64,000 nucleotides of DNA from Squalus acanthias (taxonomy: Eukaryota). Where the stretch lies: NCBI GenBank assembly GCA_030390025.1, contig CM059431.1, positions 135,534,001-135,598,000 on the forward strand, written 5' to 3'. Shown here piece by piece: positions 50,310 through 62,436 of this stretch. The first letter of the stretch is position 1. Each line of letters begins with the position of its first letter. The notes under the pieces are model-generated. The model worked only from the letters and a program-made list of their open reading frames with translations, made no database searches and had not been told where the DNA came from. The translations under genes and the position numbers were made by a program.

Positions 50310-51375
50310 AAAATGTGCTGAGACATCTGGAATTAAAACAGAAAATGCTGTAAATATTCAGCAGGTTAGGCAGCATCTGTGGAGAGAGAAACAGAGTTCA
50401 TGTTTCAGGTCGATGATCTATCTTCAGAACTGGAAGAAGTTCGAGATTTAACAGTTTTTAAGCAAGTAGAGATCCAGGGAAGGGGGACGAAAAAACAAAA
50501 GGGAAGGTCTGTGATAGGGTGGAAGGCAGGAGTAACTTAAATGACAAAAGGGATGATGGCGCAAGGCAAAACGGGGTGGTAATGGGACAAGTAAAAAAAC
50601 AAAAGATGGGTCTAGAGAAGCTGTAAATGGCAACGGCAGAACCATTACCAGCACCTGCTGTCTGAAAAAATGGGAGCAGTGTTTATGATCTGAAGTTATT
50701 GAAATCAATGTTGAGTCCGAAATGTCGTAAAGTGCTTAATCGCAAGATGAGGTGCAGTTCCTCGAGCTTCTGTTGAGCTTCAATGGAATAATACGGAAGG
50801 CCAAGGACAGAGAGGTCAGAGTCGGAGTGGGACGGAGAATTAAAATGGCAAGCGACCAGTAGCTCAGGGTCATGCTTGTGGACTGAAGGAGGTGTTCAGC
50901 AAAGCAATGACCCAATCTGACATTTCCAATGTAGAGCAGACCGCATCATGAGCAGCAAATACAGTATACTAAATTGAAAGATGTAAATCGCTGTTTCACT
51001 TGGAAGGAGTGTTTGGGGGCCTGGACGGTGGGAAGGGAGGAGGTGAAAGGGCAGGTGTTGCATCTCCTGCACTTGCACAGGGAGGTGACGTGGGAAGAGG
51101 AGCAGGTGTTGGGAGAGACGATAGAGTGGACCAGGGTGTCATGGAGGAAACAACCCCTTCGGAATGCTGAAAGAGGTGGGGAGGGGAGGGGAGGAGATAT
51201 TTGGTGGTGGCATTGCGCGAGAGGTGGCGGAAATGGTGGAGGATGATCTGTTGAATGTGGAGGCTGGTGAGGTGGAAGATGGACAAGGGGAACTCTATTG
51301 TGGTTCAGGGAGGGAGGGGAAGGTGTGTGGCCAGAAGTGCGGGAAGTGGGAAGGACGCGGTTGAAGGCCCTATTA
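50310..51375 (-). mobile_element. Penelope-like element 3' part with GIY-YIG endonuclease remnant and pseudo-LTR
   Basis: Reverse strand reads CKCRRCNTCP..FQVKQRFT..NLVYCICCS*CGLLYIG; decayed hammerhead core at about 50395-50431. Confidence 0.85.
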
Positions 51376-53225
51376 AGTGAAAAGGAAAATAAGAGGGGAA
51401 AAGAGAGAGTATGAGAATAGAATGGTAGCTAGCATAAAAGAAAATCCAAAAGTCTTCTATAGGCATATAAATAGTAAACGGGTCATAAGAGGAGGGGTGG
51501 GGCCAATTAGAGACCAAAAAGGAAACCTACGCACGGAGGCAGAGGGCATGGCTGAGGTACTAAATGAGTACTTTGCATCTGTCGTCACCAAGGAAGAAGA
51601 TGCAGCCATAGACATAGTGAAGGAGGAGGTAGAGGAGATACTGGATGGGATAAAAATTGATAAAGACGAGGTACTAGAAAGGCTGTCTGAACTTAAAGTA
51701 GATAAGTCATCAGGACCAGATGGGATGCATCCTCGGACGCTGAGGGAAGTGAAGGAAGAAATCACGGAGGTACTGGCCATAATCTTCCAATCATCCTCAG
51801 AAATGGGGTGGGGGTGGGGGGAGGGTGGTGCCAGAGGATTGGAGAATTGCAAATGTTACACCCTTGATCAAAAAAGTGTGTAAAGATAAACCCAGCAACT
51901 ACAGGCCAGTCAGTTTAACTTCAGTAGTGGGGAAGCTTTTAGGAACAATAATCAGGGAAAAAATTAACAGTAATCTGGACAAATGTGGATTAATTAAGGA
52001 AAGCCAGCACGGATTTATTAAAGGCAAATCGTGTTTAACCAACTTGATCAATTTTTTTGATGAGGTAACAGTGAGGATTGATGAGGGCAATGAAGTTGAC
52101 GTGGTGTACATGGACTTCCAAAAGGCATTCGACAAAATGCCATATAATAGGCTTGCCAGCAAAGTTGAAACCCATGGAATAAAAGGGACAGTGGCAACAT
52201 GGATAAGAAATTGGCTAAGTGATAGGAAACAGAGAGTAGTGGTGAACCGTTGTTTTTCAGACTGGAGGAAGGTATACAGTGGTGTTCCCCAGGGGTCGGT
52301 TCGAGGACCACTGCTTTTCTTGATATATATTAATGACTTGGATGTGGGTGTACAGGGCACAATTTCAAAGTTTGCAGATGACACAAAGTATAGTGAACAG
52401 TGAGGAGGATAGTGATAGACTTCAAGAGGACATAGACAGGCTGGTGGAATGGACGGACACATGGCAGATGAAATTTAAGGCAGAAAAGTGCGAAGTGATA
52501 CATTTTGGTAGGAAGAATGAGGAGAGGAAATAAACTAAAGGGTACAATCCTAAAGGGGGTGCAGGAACAGAGAGACCTGGGGGTATATGTGCACAAATCG
52601 TTGAAGGTGGCAGGGTAGGTTGAGAAAGCAGTTAAAAAAGCTTACGGGATCCTGGGCTTCATGAATAGAGGCATAGAGTACAAAAGCGTGGAAATTATGA
52701 TGAACCTTTATGAAACACTGGTTTGGCCTCAACTGGAGTATTGTGTCCAATTCTGGGCACCGCACTTTAGGAAGGATGTGAAGGCTTTAGAGAGGGTGCA
52801 GAAAAGATTTACGAGAATGATTCCAGGGATGAGGGACTTCAGTTACGTGGATAGACTGGAGAAGCTGAGGTTGTTCTCCTTAGAGCAGAGAAGGTTGAGA
52901 GGAGATTTGATAGAGGTATTCAAAATCATGAGGAGTCTAGACAGAGTAGATAGAGAGAAACTGTTCCCATTGGCAGAAGGGTCGAGAATCAGAGGACACA
53001 GATTTAAGGTGATTGGCAGAATCTGGAATGCACTGCCCGCAACAGTGGTGGAGGCAGATTCAATCATGGCTTTCAAAAGGGAATTGAAGGAAAAATTTTG
53101 CATGGCTACGGGGAAAGGGCAGGGGAGTGGGACTAGCAGAACTGCTCTTGCAGAGAGCCGGCACAGGCTTGACAGCCGAATGGCCATCTTCCGTGCTGTA
53201 ACCATTCTATGATTCTATGACTTCT
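51376..53225 (+). mobile_element. CR1 LINE, RT and 3' end
   Basis: VDKSSGPDG, NYRPVSL, KFADDTK; (ATTCTATG)n tail. Confidence 0.93.
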
Positions 53226-53298
53226 ATCAGTAATTGATCTTTATACGTCCCTTTTTATTGATGTTTAAATATGTCTGCAGGAACATATGTAGAGACTT

Positions 53299-56200
53299 GA
53301 GGGAAGCAATTGGTCTCTGTAGCACACTTTTTTTTAGGCACTAGACTGCCTCCTAACGGTGGAAAATGGCATCCGGGCTGTGCGCGCATGCCGGACGCCA
53401 TCTTGTTGAAGGGGTATGCGTGCGCGCACCGCGAAATCGCAGAGCAGGCAGATTATGATGTCAATCAGTGTGCAACGCTGATTTGACACCAGCGCTGCCA
53501 TTTTTGAATGCAATGCTCCTGCCTATGTCCTGCCTTAACTTCGCAGAGCTGAGCATGGCATTAAATGACATGAAGGACCCACCAGCGCTACTTAAAGGGA
53601 TCATGACTTACCTGCACGTTAGTTGCTGGATTATTTCTCCTGCTGCTGGCGTAATTGTACACATTTTTCAGCTTTCCTATACTTGCCTAAAGTTTCAATA
53701 GTGTACAGGGAGTGATCTGGCTGATGCTATGTACATTTTTTGTTGATTTAAAAGCTTGTGCTCAAACAAGTTGCTTCCAGACATGGGTGGCCTGGTCGGC
53801 CTTCCTCTTGGAATTGAACGTGACTGGGGAGAATGAAGAGAGTCCACACAGAGCAGGACAAGTTGCTTGAAGAGGGAGGAGGAGGAGAAAGAGGGGGACA
53901 AGGGCTTTCAGCTGGAGGCCATTCGGGAACAATTCTCTTACCTTAACTTCAGCCAGGACCAATGCGTGTGATGTCTTCGCTTCACTAAAGAGGTCGTGAC
54001 TGAAATCTGCCTACTGTCTGCAGCCACTAATGCGACCTCAATGCCAGGTAAGGACCACATTGCCCGTGGCTGTCAAGGTGACCGTGGCTCTTAACTTTTA
54101 AGCTTCTGGCTCCTTCCAGGCAGCTGCTGGAGATATAAGCAGCACATTACAGTTTGCAGTACACTGCTTCATAAGTGAAGTCACTGAGGTTCTCTATACA
54201 TAGAGAGAGAGCTTCACTTCATTCCCTCTTGCCAGAGACAAGCAGGTGGAGCGAGCACAATTGTTTGCACAGATTGCAGGCTTCCCCATGGTGCAGGGTG
54301 CCATTGACTGCATGCACATTGCCTTGCATGCACGTCTTCTGAATTTGGCCATTTTCGTGAACTGAAAGGTGCAGCTGGTATACGACCACAGGCAGCTTAT
54401 CATGCAGATGAATGGTTGTTATTCTAGCAGTAGTAACGATTCCTTCATTCTGCGGCGGTCCTCTGCCACCTGTATTTGACAAAGTCAAAGGCTGCCTACT
54501 GGGAAACAAGGGTTATCCACTCATGACATGGCTCATGACTCCGGTCCAGAACCTACGCACACGTGCACAGCAGGCCTACAATGAAGGACATGCTGCCACA
54601 AAGAACAATATGGAGCACACCATCGGCGTCCTCAAGCAAAGCTTCCGCTGCCTGGACTGCTCTGGAGGAGCCTTGCACTACTCAGCTGAGTAGGTATCAA
54701 GAACTGTGGTAGTATGCTGCATGCTGAACAACCTGGCCATTATGAGGGTACAGCCCTTGTCACCATCTATCAGGCGAGATACTGAGGAGGAGGAGGAGGA
54801 GGAGGAGGAGGAAGTGCAACTAGAGGTGGAGGTACAGGAAGTGGAAGGGAGGCTACAACGTAGACAGCCCCTTTCTGCCTGGGCTCTATGTGATGAAATA
54901 ATTAATGAGTGATACCAGTAACCTCAACCGCACCTCCCCATTCACCAATAGTCCCATACTCCTTTCCTTTCCTCTATCACTGACCATTATATCATTCTCT
55001 TTCCGAAAGCACCAAAATAAAACCACCAGAAAATGCACATTCAAAGCCATTTCCAAATTTATATGTTCAATCATGACATAATGCATACAAAAATAAACTA
55101 ATCACCCTGTGCACTCCCTTCGTGCCCATCTTCCGTGTGCCTTTGCCTCTCCTAGTGCTCTTATGAGCAGCTTCCCCGGTGGTTGCAGCATGGGTGCTGG
55201 AAGGCTACTGACCTCCAATTGAGAAAACAACAGATGGCCTTGGAGGACGGCCTTGAGCAGTTCTGGGCCCAGAAGGCTGGCTTCAGACTGCACCATCTCA
55301 ATCTGAGCTGGTTGACAGGCAACAGCCAGGGCACTGGCAGTGTGGCAGGGGATGGAGCAGGAATGCTGTCCTCATGAGAGAGGAAAGCAGGTTCGTGCTC
55401 CATGGAGCCACTGCCATTCTCCAGGGGCGACGTCTCAGCAAGCCAAATAATCTGTTGCAGAACAGGTTGATGGACTGCTGTGATACCTTGGAAGCCGCTT
55501 TGAACAGTGCTATCCAGAGCCATGATGGCAGCAGTCTGAGCTTGTATGGCAGCAGCCTGCGCTTCCACTGCAGCACTCAGACCTTTGATGGAAGCTGTTT
55601 GTGCTACAATCAGATGCTGCATCATGGTGGGTTCCACAGGTATGCTGATGGAGGTGACCACCTGTTCCATGTTGGAAAGGATGGGCTCCAAGCTCTGTGC
55701 AAAACCCTGTGCCAAGTTAGTGCTGGACTCCTCCATGCTCTTTGACATTGAGCGCAGCCTTTCTGGCAGGCTTTCCAGTGCATCAAGTATTTGACTATGT
55801 ACACCCATCAACCTTCTTCTATAGCCTGGCCTATCGAAGTCCTCATCTGCGTCCTCTGCAGCAGAACTAGTGTGTGACTAGCTGGCACCTGCGCTACACT
55901 TGGAGCAACACTCCTGGCATTGACCTCTACCGCTACTTGTTCCCACTTCCTCCTGAGCATCTGTCTGGAGGGCCTTCTGGCCCCCTGCAGACACGGGATG
56001 TCTCTCCTTCTTTTTACCTCTTGCACCTCCAATACCTCCAGTGCAGTGTCTGAAAACCTTGGTGCTCGCTCTCTCACATGTTCAGCCATTGCTCAAAGTA
56101 TCACAGTACAGTTTTCAAATGACTCCCACCATGTCTTGCAGCCATGATGCACCTCCCCCATAAGAGGTGCAGGCTGCCTGCAATATCGGACCTACTGCTG

Positions 56201-56322
56201 ATGCATGCAGCCAATGAACAGTGCGGGTAGCTGCACGCAGCAATCATGTAAAATAGCAGGCATGTGTTAATCGTGTGCCAAGATCCCCACGCCTGTTTCT
56301 GAGGGTTAGCCAATTTCTCCCT
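53299..56322 (+). mobile_element. Second Harbinger transposon: decayed transposase on + (about 53783-54910), Myb on - (about 56089-55160)
   Basis: Imperfect TIRs gagggaagcaattgg / ccaatttctccct; GFPMVQGAIDC, LGNKGYPL, EHTIGVLKQSF; MAEHVRERAPRFSDTALE. Confidence 0.85.
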
Positions 56323-56871
56323 CTTAATGTACGTAATATGTATGTACTTTCTTTTATCATGTACACACAAAACCTTTATTTGTTAGGAATTTTTATGAAT
56401 GTTTAGAAGGTTGGAATATCTGTGGATGTTAATGTAGAAAATGTGATGTGATTTATTTTGACAGTCTGAACACAGTTGAGGTTAATTAGATACAAGTAAC
56501 TGTTTGCTGCTTTTTCCCTGTGCAGTGCTGAAATACACTGTGAGGCATATTCTTTGCTAATTTTAATTAAAAAATTATGACTTAATTTGCATTAGGTTTT
56601 ATATTCATTATCACCTCACAAAACAATATATTTCATTGTGCAAATTACTCTGAAATATTTGTTTCATTGTTGTACTTTTAAGCCCAGACAAGTAACTTAT
56701 TTTCATAGTGCAGAAACAGGTCATTGTTCCTATATTGGCTGGCTTTTTGCATCTACCCAGTATATTCCTTCTGAATTTATTTTTCTACATTTAGATTCAG
56801 TGAAAAATTGTCCCAATCAGGTACTGCATTTTAAAGATAAGTAAGTTGCTATTGGTTGTGCCTTCAAATCC

Positions 56872-57327
56872 AACTTCAAAGACTTGCATTTATATAGCGC
56901 CTTTCACGACCACCAGACGCTTTACAGCCAATGAAGTACTTTTCAAGTATAGTCACTGTTGTAATGTAGGAACCACAGCAGCCAATTTGCACATAGCAAG
57001 CTCCCAGAGACAGCAATGTGATAATGACCAGATAATCTGTTTTTGTTATGTTGTTTGAGGGATAAATATTGGCCAGGACACCGGGGATAACTCCCTGCTC
57101 TTCTTTGAAATAGTGCCATGGGATCTTTTACATCACCTGAGAGGGCAGACGGGGCCTCAGTTTAACATCTCATCTGAAAAACAGCACCTCCGACAGTGCA
57201 GCACTCCCTCAGTACTGCACTAGAGAGTCTGCCTAGCTTTATGTGCTCAAGTCCCTGGAGCAGGACTTGAACCCACAACCTTCTGACTCAGAGGTGAGTG
57301 TGCTACCCACTGAGCCACAGCTGACAC
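56872..57327 (-). mobile_element. Deu-domain tRNA-derived SINE with L2 tail (SacSINE1/AmnSINE1-like)
   Basis: Head GTGGCTCAGTGG..GGTTCAAGTCC; central CAGTACTGAGGGAGTGCTGCACTGTCGGAGG..AAAGATCCCATGGCACT; L2-type 3' end. Family name from recall. Confidence 0.8.
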
Positions 57328-57344
57328 AAAAATGAACACAAAAA

Positions 57345-57446
57345 TCTATGCTGACAGTTCAGTGCAGTACTGAGGGAGTGCTGCACTATCGGAGATGCCG
57401 TCTTTCAGATAAGACGTTGAACCGAGGCTCTGTCTGCTCTTTCAGG
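57345..57446 (+). mobile_element. Fragment of the same Deu-SINE, opposite orientation
   Basis: agtgcagtactgagggagtgctgcactatcggag is the reverse complement of about 57190-57222. Confidence 0.75.
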
Positions 57447-60400
57447 TACGGTAGTATAGTGGTTATGTTACTGGACTAGTAATCCAGAGGCCTGGACTAA
57501 TGATCCAGAGAAAGTGTTCAAATCCCACCAGGGCAGTAGGGGAATTTAGATTCAGTTAATAAAATAAACCTGGAATAAAAAAGGCTAGCATCAGTAATGG
57601 TGACCATTGTCGTTAAAAAAACATGTGGTTCAGTGATGTCCCTTAGGGTAAGAAACCTGCCATCCTTACCCAGTCTGGCCTATATGTGGCTCCAGACCCA
57701 CAGTAACATGGTTGACTCTTAACCGCCCTCTAAAATGGCCCAGCAAGCTACTCAGTTGTATCAAACCGCTACAATAAAATATAATGAGAATAAAACCAGA
57801 CAGACCACCTGGCATCGACCTAGGCATTGGATTTGGACACGACAAAGGCAACACAGCCCAGTAAGCTCTGCAAAGTCCTCTTCACTAACATCTGAGGATT
57901 TTTTTTAAAATTCATTTATGGGATCAGTGCGTCGCTGGCAATGCCAGCATTTATTGCCCATCCCTAGTTGCCCTTGAGAAGGTGGTGGTGAGCCGCCTTC
58001 ATGAACCGCTGCAGTCCGTGTGGTGATGGTACTCCCACAGTGCTGTTAGGTAGGGAGTTCCAGGATTTTGACCCAGCGACGATGAAGGATCGGCGATACA
58101 GTTCTAAGTCAGGATGGTGTGTGACTTGGAGGGGAACTTGGAGATGGTGGTGTTCCCATGCGCCTGCTGCCCTTGTTCTTCTAGGTGGAAGAGGTCGCGG
58201 GTTTGGGAGGTGCTGCCGAAGAAGCCTTGGCGAGTTGCTGCAGTGCATCTTGTAGATGATACACACTGCAGCCACGGTACACCGGTGGTGGAGGGAGTGA
58301 ATGTTTAAGGTGGTGGATGGGGTGCCAATCAAGCGGGCTGCTTTGTCCTGGATGGTGTCGAGCTTCTTGAGTGTTGTTGGAGCTGCACTCATTCAGGCAA
58401 GTGGAGAGTATTCCATCACACTCCTGACATGTGCCTTGTAGATGGTGGAAAGGCTTTGGGGAGTCAGGAGGTGAGACACTCGCCACAGAATTCCCAGTAT
58501 TTGACCTGCTCTTGTTGCCACAGTATTTATGTGGCTGGTCCAGTTAAGTTTCTGGTCAATGGTGACCCCCAGGATGTTGATAGTGGGGGATTCGGTGATG
58601 ATAATGCCATTGAATGTCAAGGGGACTCTCGCTTGTTGGAGATAGTCATTGCCTGGCACTTCTGTGGCGCGAATGTTACCTGCCACTTATCAGCCCAAGC
58701 CTGAACGTTGTCCAGGTCTTGTTGCATGCGGGCAATGATTGCTTCATTATCTGAGGAGTTGCGAATGGTGCTGAACACTGTGCAGTCATCAGCGAACACC
58801 CCATTTCTGACCTTATGTTGGAGGGAAGGTCATTGACGAAGCAGCTGAAGATGGTTGGGCCTAGGACACTGCTCTGAGGAACTCCTGCAGCGATGTCCTG
58901 GGGCTGTGATGATTGACCTTCAACCACCACAACCATCTTCCTTTGTGCTAGGTATGACTCCAGCCAGTGGAGCGTTTTCCCCCTGATTCCCATTGACTTC
59001 AGTTTTACTAGGGCTCCTTGATGACAGACTCGGTCAAATGCTGCCTTGATGTCAAGAGCAGTCACTCTCACCTCACCTCTGGAATTCAGCTCCTTTGTCC
59101 ATGTTTGGACCAAGGTTGTAATGAGGTCAGGAGCCGAGTGGTCTTGGTGGAACCCAAACTGGGTATCAGTGAGCAGGTTATTGGTGAGTAAGTGCCGCTT
59201 GATAGCACTGTCGATGACACCTTCCATCACTTTGCTGATGATTGAGAGTAGACTGATGGGGCGGTTGGATTTGTCCTGCTTTTTGTGGACAGGACATACC
59301 TGGGCAGTTTTCCACATTGTCAGATAGATGCCAGTGTTGTAGCTGTACTGGAACAGCTTGGCTAGAGGCGCGACTAGTTCTGGAGCAAAAGTCTTCAGCA
59401 CGATAGCCGGGATGTTTTCGGGGCCCATAGCCTTTGCTGTATCCAGTGCGCTTAGCCGTTTCTTGATATCACGTGGATTCAATCGAATTGGCTGAAGAAT
59501 GGCTTCTGTGATGTTGGGGACCTTGGGATCAGGCCGATATGGATCATCCACTCGGCACTTCTGGCTGAAGTTGGTTGCAAACGCTTCAGCCTTGTCTTTT
59601 GCACCCACGTGCTGGGCTCCACCATCATTGAGGATGGGGATATTCTTGGAGCCTCCTCCTCCTGTTAGTTGTTTAATAGTCCACCACCATTCACGACTGG
59701 ATGTGGCAGGACTGCAGAGCTTTGATCTGATCCGTTGATTGTGGGATTGCTGAGCTCTGTCTATAGCATGCTGCTTCCGCTTTTTAGCATGCATGTAGTC
59801 CTGTGTTGCAACTTCCCCAGGTTGGCACCTCCTTTTTAGGTACGCCTGGTGCTGCTCCTGGCATGCTCTTCTACACTCATTGTTGAACCAGGGTTGGTCC
59901 CCTGACTTGCTGGTTATGGTAGAGTGAGGGATATGCCGGGCCATGAGGTTACAGATTGTGGTGGAATACAATTCTGCTGCTGCTGATGGCCCACAGCGCC
60001 TCATGGATGCTTGGTTTTGAGCTGCTAGATCTGTTCTAAATCTATCCCATTTAGCAAGGTGGTAGTGCCACACAACACGATGGAGGGTGTTCTCAGTGTG
60101 AAGATGGTACTTCGTCTCCACAATGACTGTGCGGTGGTCACTGCTGCCAGTGCTGTCCTGGACAGATGCATCTGCGACAGGTAGATTGGTGAGGATGAGA
60201 TCAAGTAGGTTTTTCCCTCTTGTTGCTTCACTCACCACCTGTCGCAGGCCCAGACTGGCAGTTATGTCCTTCAGGACTCGGCCAGCTCGGTCAGTAGTGG
60301 TGCTACCAAGCCACTCTTGGTGATGGATATTGAAGTCCCCCACCCAGAGTACATTCTGTACCCTTGCTACTCTCAGTGCTTCTTCCAAGAGGTGCCAACT

Positions 60401-61103
60401 TGTGCCAAAATTGGGAGAGCTGTCCCATTTACTAGTCAAGCAACAACTTGAGATAGTTATACTCACAGAATCATACATTTAAGCCAACGTCCCAGGCTCC
60501 TCCATCACCATCCTTGGGTATACCCTGTCCCACCAACAGGATAGACCAACCAGAGGTGGCGACACAGTGGTAGTCGGAAGGAAGTGGCCCTACGAGCTCT
60601 CAACATTAACTCCAAACCCCATGAAGTCTCATGACATCAGGTCAAACATAGGCAAGGAAACCACTTCAGCTGCTGAATCAGTACTCCTACATGATGAACA
60701 CCACTTGGAAGAAGCACTGAGGGTACGAAGGGCATAGAATGTACTCTGGGTGGGGGACTTCAATGTCCATCACCAAGAGTGGCTCGGTAACACCACTACT
60801 GACCGAGCTGGCCGAGTCCTGGAGGATATAGCTGCCAGACTCGGCTTGCAGCAGGTGGTGAGAGAACCAACACGAGGGAAAAACCTACTTGAACTCATCT
60901 TCACCAATATACCTGTCACAGATGCATCTGTCCATGACAGTATTGGTAGGAGTGACCAACACACAATCATTGTGGAGATGAAGTAACGTCTTCACACTCC
61001 CTTCATTGTGTTGTGTGGCACTACCACCGTGCTAAATAAGATAGATTCAGAACAGATCTATCAGCTCAAAATTGGGCATCCATTAGGCGCTGTGGGTCAT
61101 CAG
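57447..61103 (+). mobile_element. 5' part of LINE family B: tRNA-like head, leader and APE domain, split by an antisense copy of the same family
   Basis: A box 57452-62 and B box 57516-25. CKVLFTNI*G (to 57898) continues in frame as LVPKLGELS..IVILTESY at about 60399, then GDFNVH..SD. Confidence 0.75.
57899..60396 (-). mobile_element. LINE family B copy with a long open APE-RT frame (most of ORF 58676-60478)
   Basis: GDFNIH, LDLILTN, SDH, RPISLLS, QFGF, LDIKAAFDRV, GVPQSSVLGP; FADD after a frameshift; poly(A)-like tail at about 57900. Confidence 0.92.
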
Positions 61104-61191
61104 GGTGTAAGAGGAGGGTTGGGGCCGATTAGGGACCAAAAAGGAGACCTACACATGGAGGCAGAGGGCACGGCTGAGGTACTAAATGAGT

Positions 61192-61404
61192 TCCCCTTTG
61201 TTCTCTTATCCCCTCCCCCTTTTCCCAGCTTTACTCTGGCCTTAAATCTATTTGATTTCCGGCTCTTCACAGTTCTGACGAAAGGTCATCGACCTGAAAC
61301 GTTAACTCTCTTTCTCTCTCCACGGATGCTGCCTGGCCTGCTGAGTTTTTCCAGCGTTTTCTGTTGTTATTTCAGATTTCCAGCATCCGCAGTATTTTGC
61401 TATC
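61192..61404 (+). mobile_element. Penelope-like mini-insertion
   Basis: 13-bp TSD GTACTAAATGAGT (61179-91 / 61405-17). Confidence 0.87.
61271..61307 (+). ncRNA. Minimal type I hammerhead ribozyme motif
   Basis: AGTT-CTGACGA-A-AGGTC atc GACCT-GAAA-CG-TT-AACT; predicted cleavage after GUU at 61303. Confidence 0.8.
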
Positions 61405-61546
61405 GTACTAAATGAGTACGTTGCATCTGTCTTCACCAAGGAAGAAGATGCTGCCAAAGACATAGTGAAAGAGGAGGTAGTGCAGATACTGCATGAGATA
61501 AAAATTGATAAAGATGAGGTACTAGAAAGGCTGTCATAGAGTCATA

Positions 61547-62436
61547 GGGGGAGAAATTCAGTATCGCCCCATTTGGGGCGCAATTATCAGCCGGGCGCAA
61601 AGATTAGCGCCTGGCACTAATTATCGCCACTGACTGCAAACTTGACTTTTATCGCCCCTGGAGGTGATTGGAGCGCTAAATCAGGCGCTGCACACCTCTC
61701 TTAAGGTGCTAACGCCGAGGAGCGAGGCACTACCTCAGAGCGCTGGCGAAACTCATGTGGTGTCAGTCAGCAATGGAACACAGAAACACTGGCGCCGGCC
61801 AGTTCTTAAAGGGGAGGGTTGATCTTGCTCTCCATCCACATCCTGCTCATTGCAGCCTTGAATCTCGGCCTGGAGAGACCTGTACATCAATTCTGTTGGA
61901 AAGAACAATGGAGAGGACCAGGGAAAGAGCTCAGAGTGCAGCCCCCATAGTCTCTTCTAAATCGATGCAAGGAAGGTCAAATCAAAATGAAACTGCAAAG
62001 TGCTGCTCAGTACCCAAAACTCCTTCACACAGTGTTGAATCTCTCCAGAAGTCTCTCTCTCTCTCTCTCAGAAAGCGTGGTTCAAAAATGTCACCAACAA
62101 TAAAAGGCAGGAAACGGTCGCCTTTAAGCGCTCCCCCAGTCTCTTCCTGACTGCAAAACGCTCCCCTCAACCTGTCGTTGCTAGCGTCAGGCGGTAAGGC
62201 AGGGGGCGCCACTCAATATCCGCTCTGGGGCGATACCGGGGCGTTGCGCACTCAACTGACATCACGATCTGCCGGCGCAGGAGATCGTGGCGGTAGTGTT
62301 TAGCGCCACCGCAAAATGTCTAGTTAATTTTGCGAGCGGTGCAAACATCGCCGCGCCCGGGCGCTAGAGGCTTTGCGCCCCATTAGCGCCCTCTTAAGGC
62401 GCTAACGGGAGGCGCAACCAACTGAATTTTTCCCCC
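61547..62436. mobile_element. Second copy (inverted) of the 21932 Harbinger MITE
   Basis: TIRs GGGGGAGAAATTCAGT / ACTGAATTTTTCCCCC, ATA TSD; inserted in a CR1 (CATAGAGT)n tail. Confidence 0.93.

Larger units (their letters stand above)
61104..61533 (+). mobile_element. CR1 internal fragment interrupted by a Penelope mini-insertion
   Basis: GPIRDQKG..AEVLNE | YVASVFTKEEDAA; similar to 51480-51685. Confidence 0.85.

Noticed and set aside
50395..50431. Active hammerhead ribozyme
   Set aside because: Stem II mismatch and no NUH cleavage triplet (GAAACATG).
57250..57530. True tRNA genes
   Set aside because: A and B boxes are present but are heads of SINE or LINE elements; no intact cloverleaf seen.
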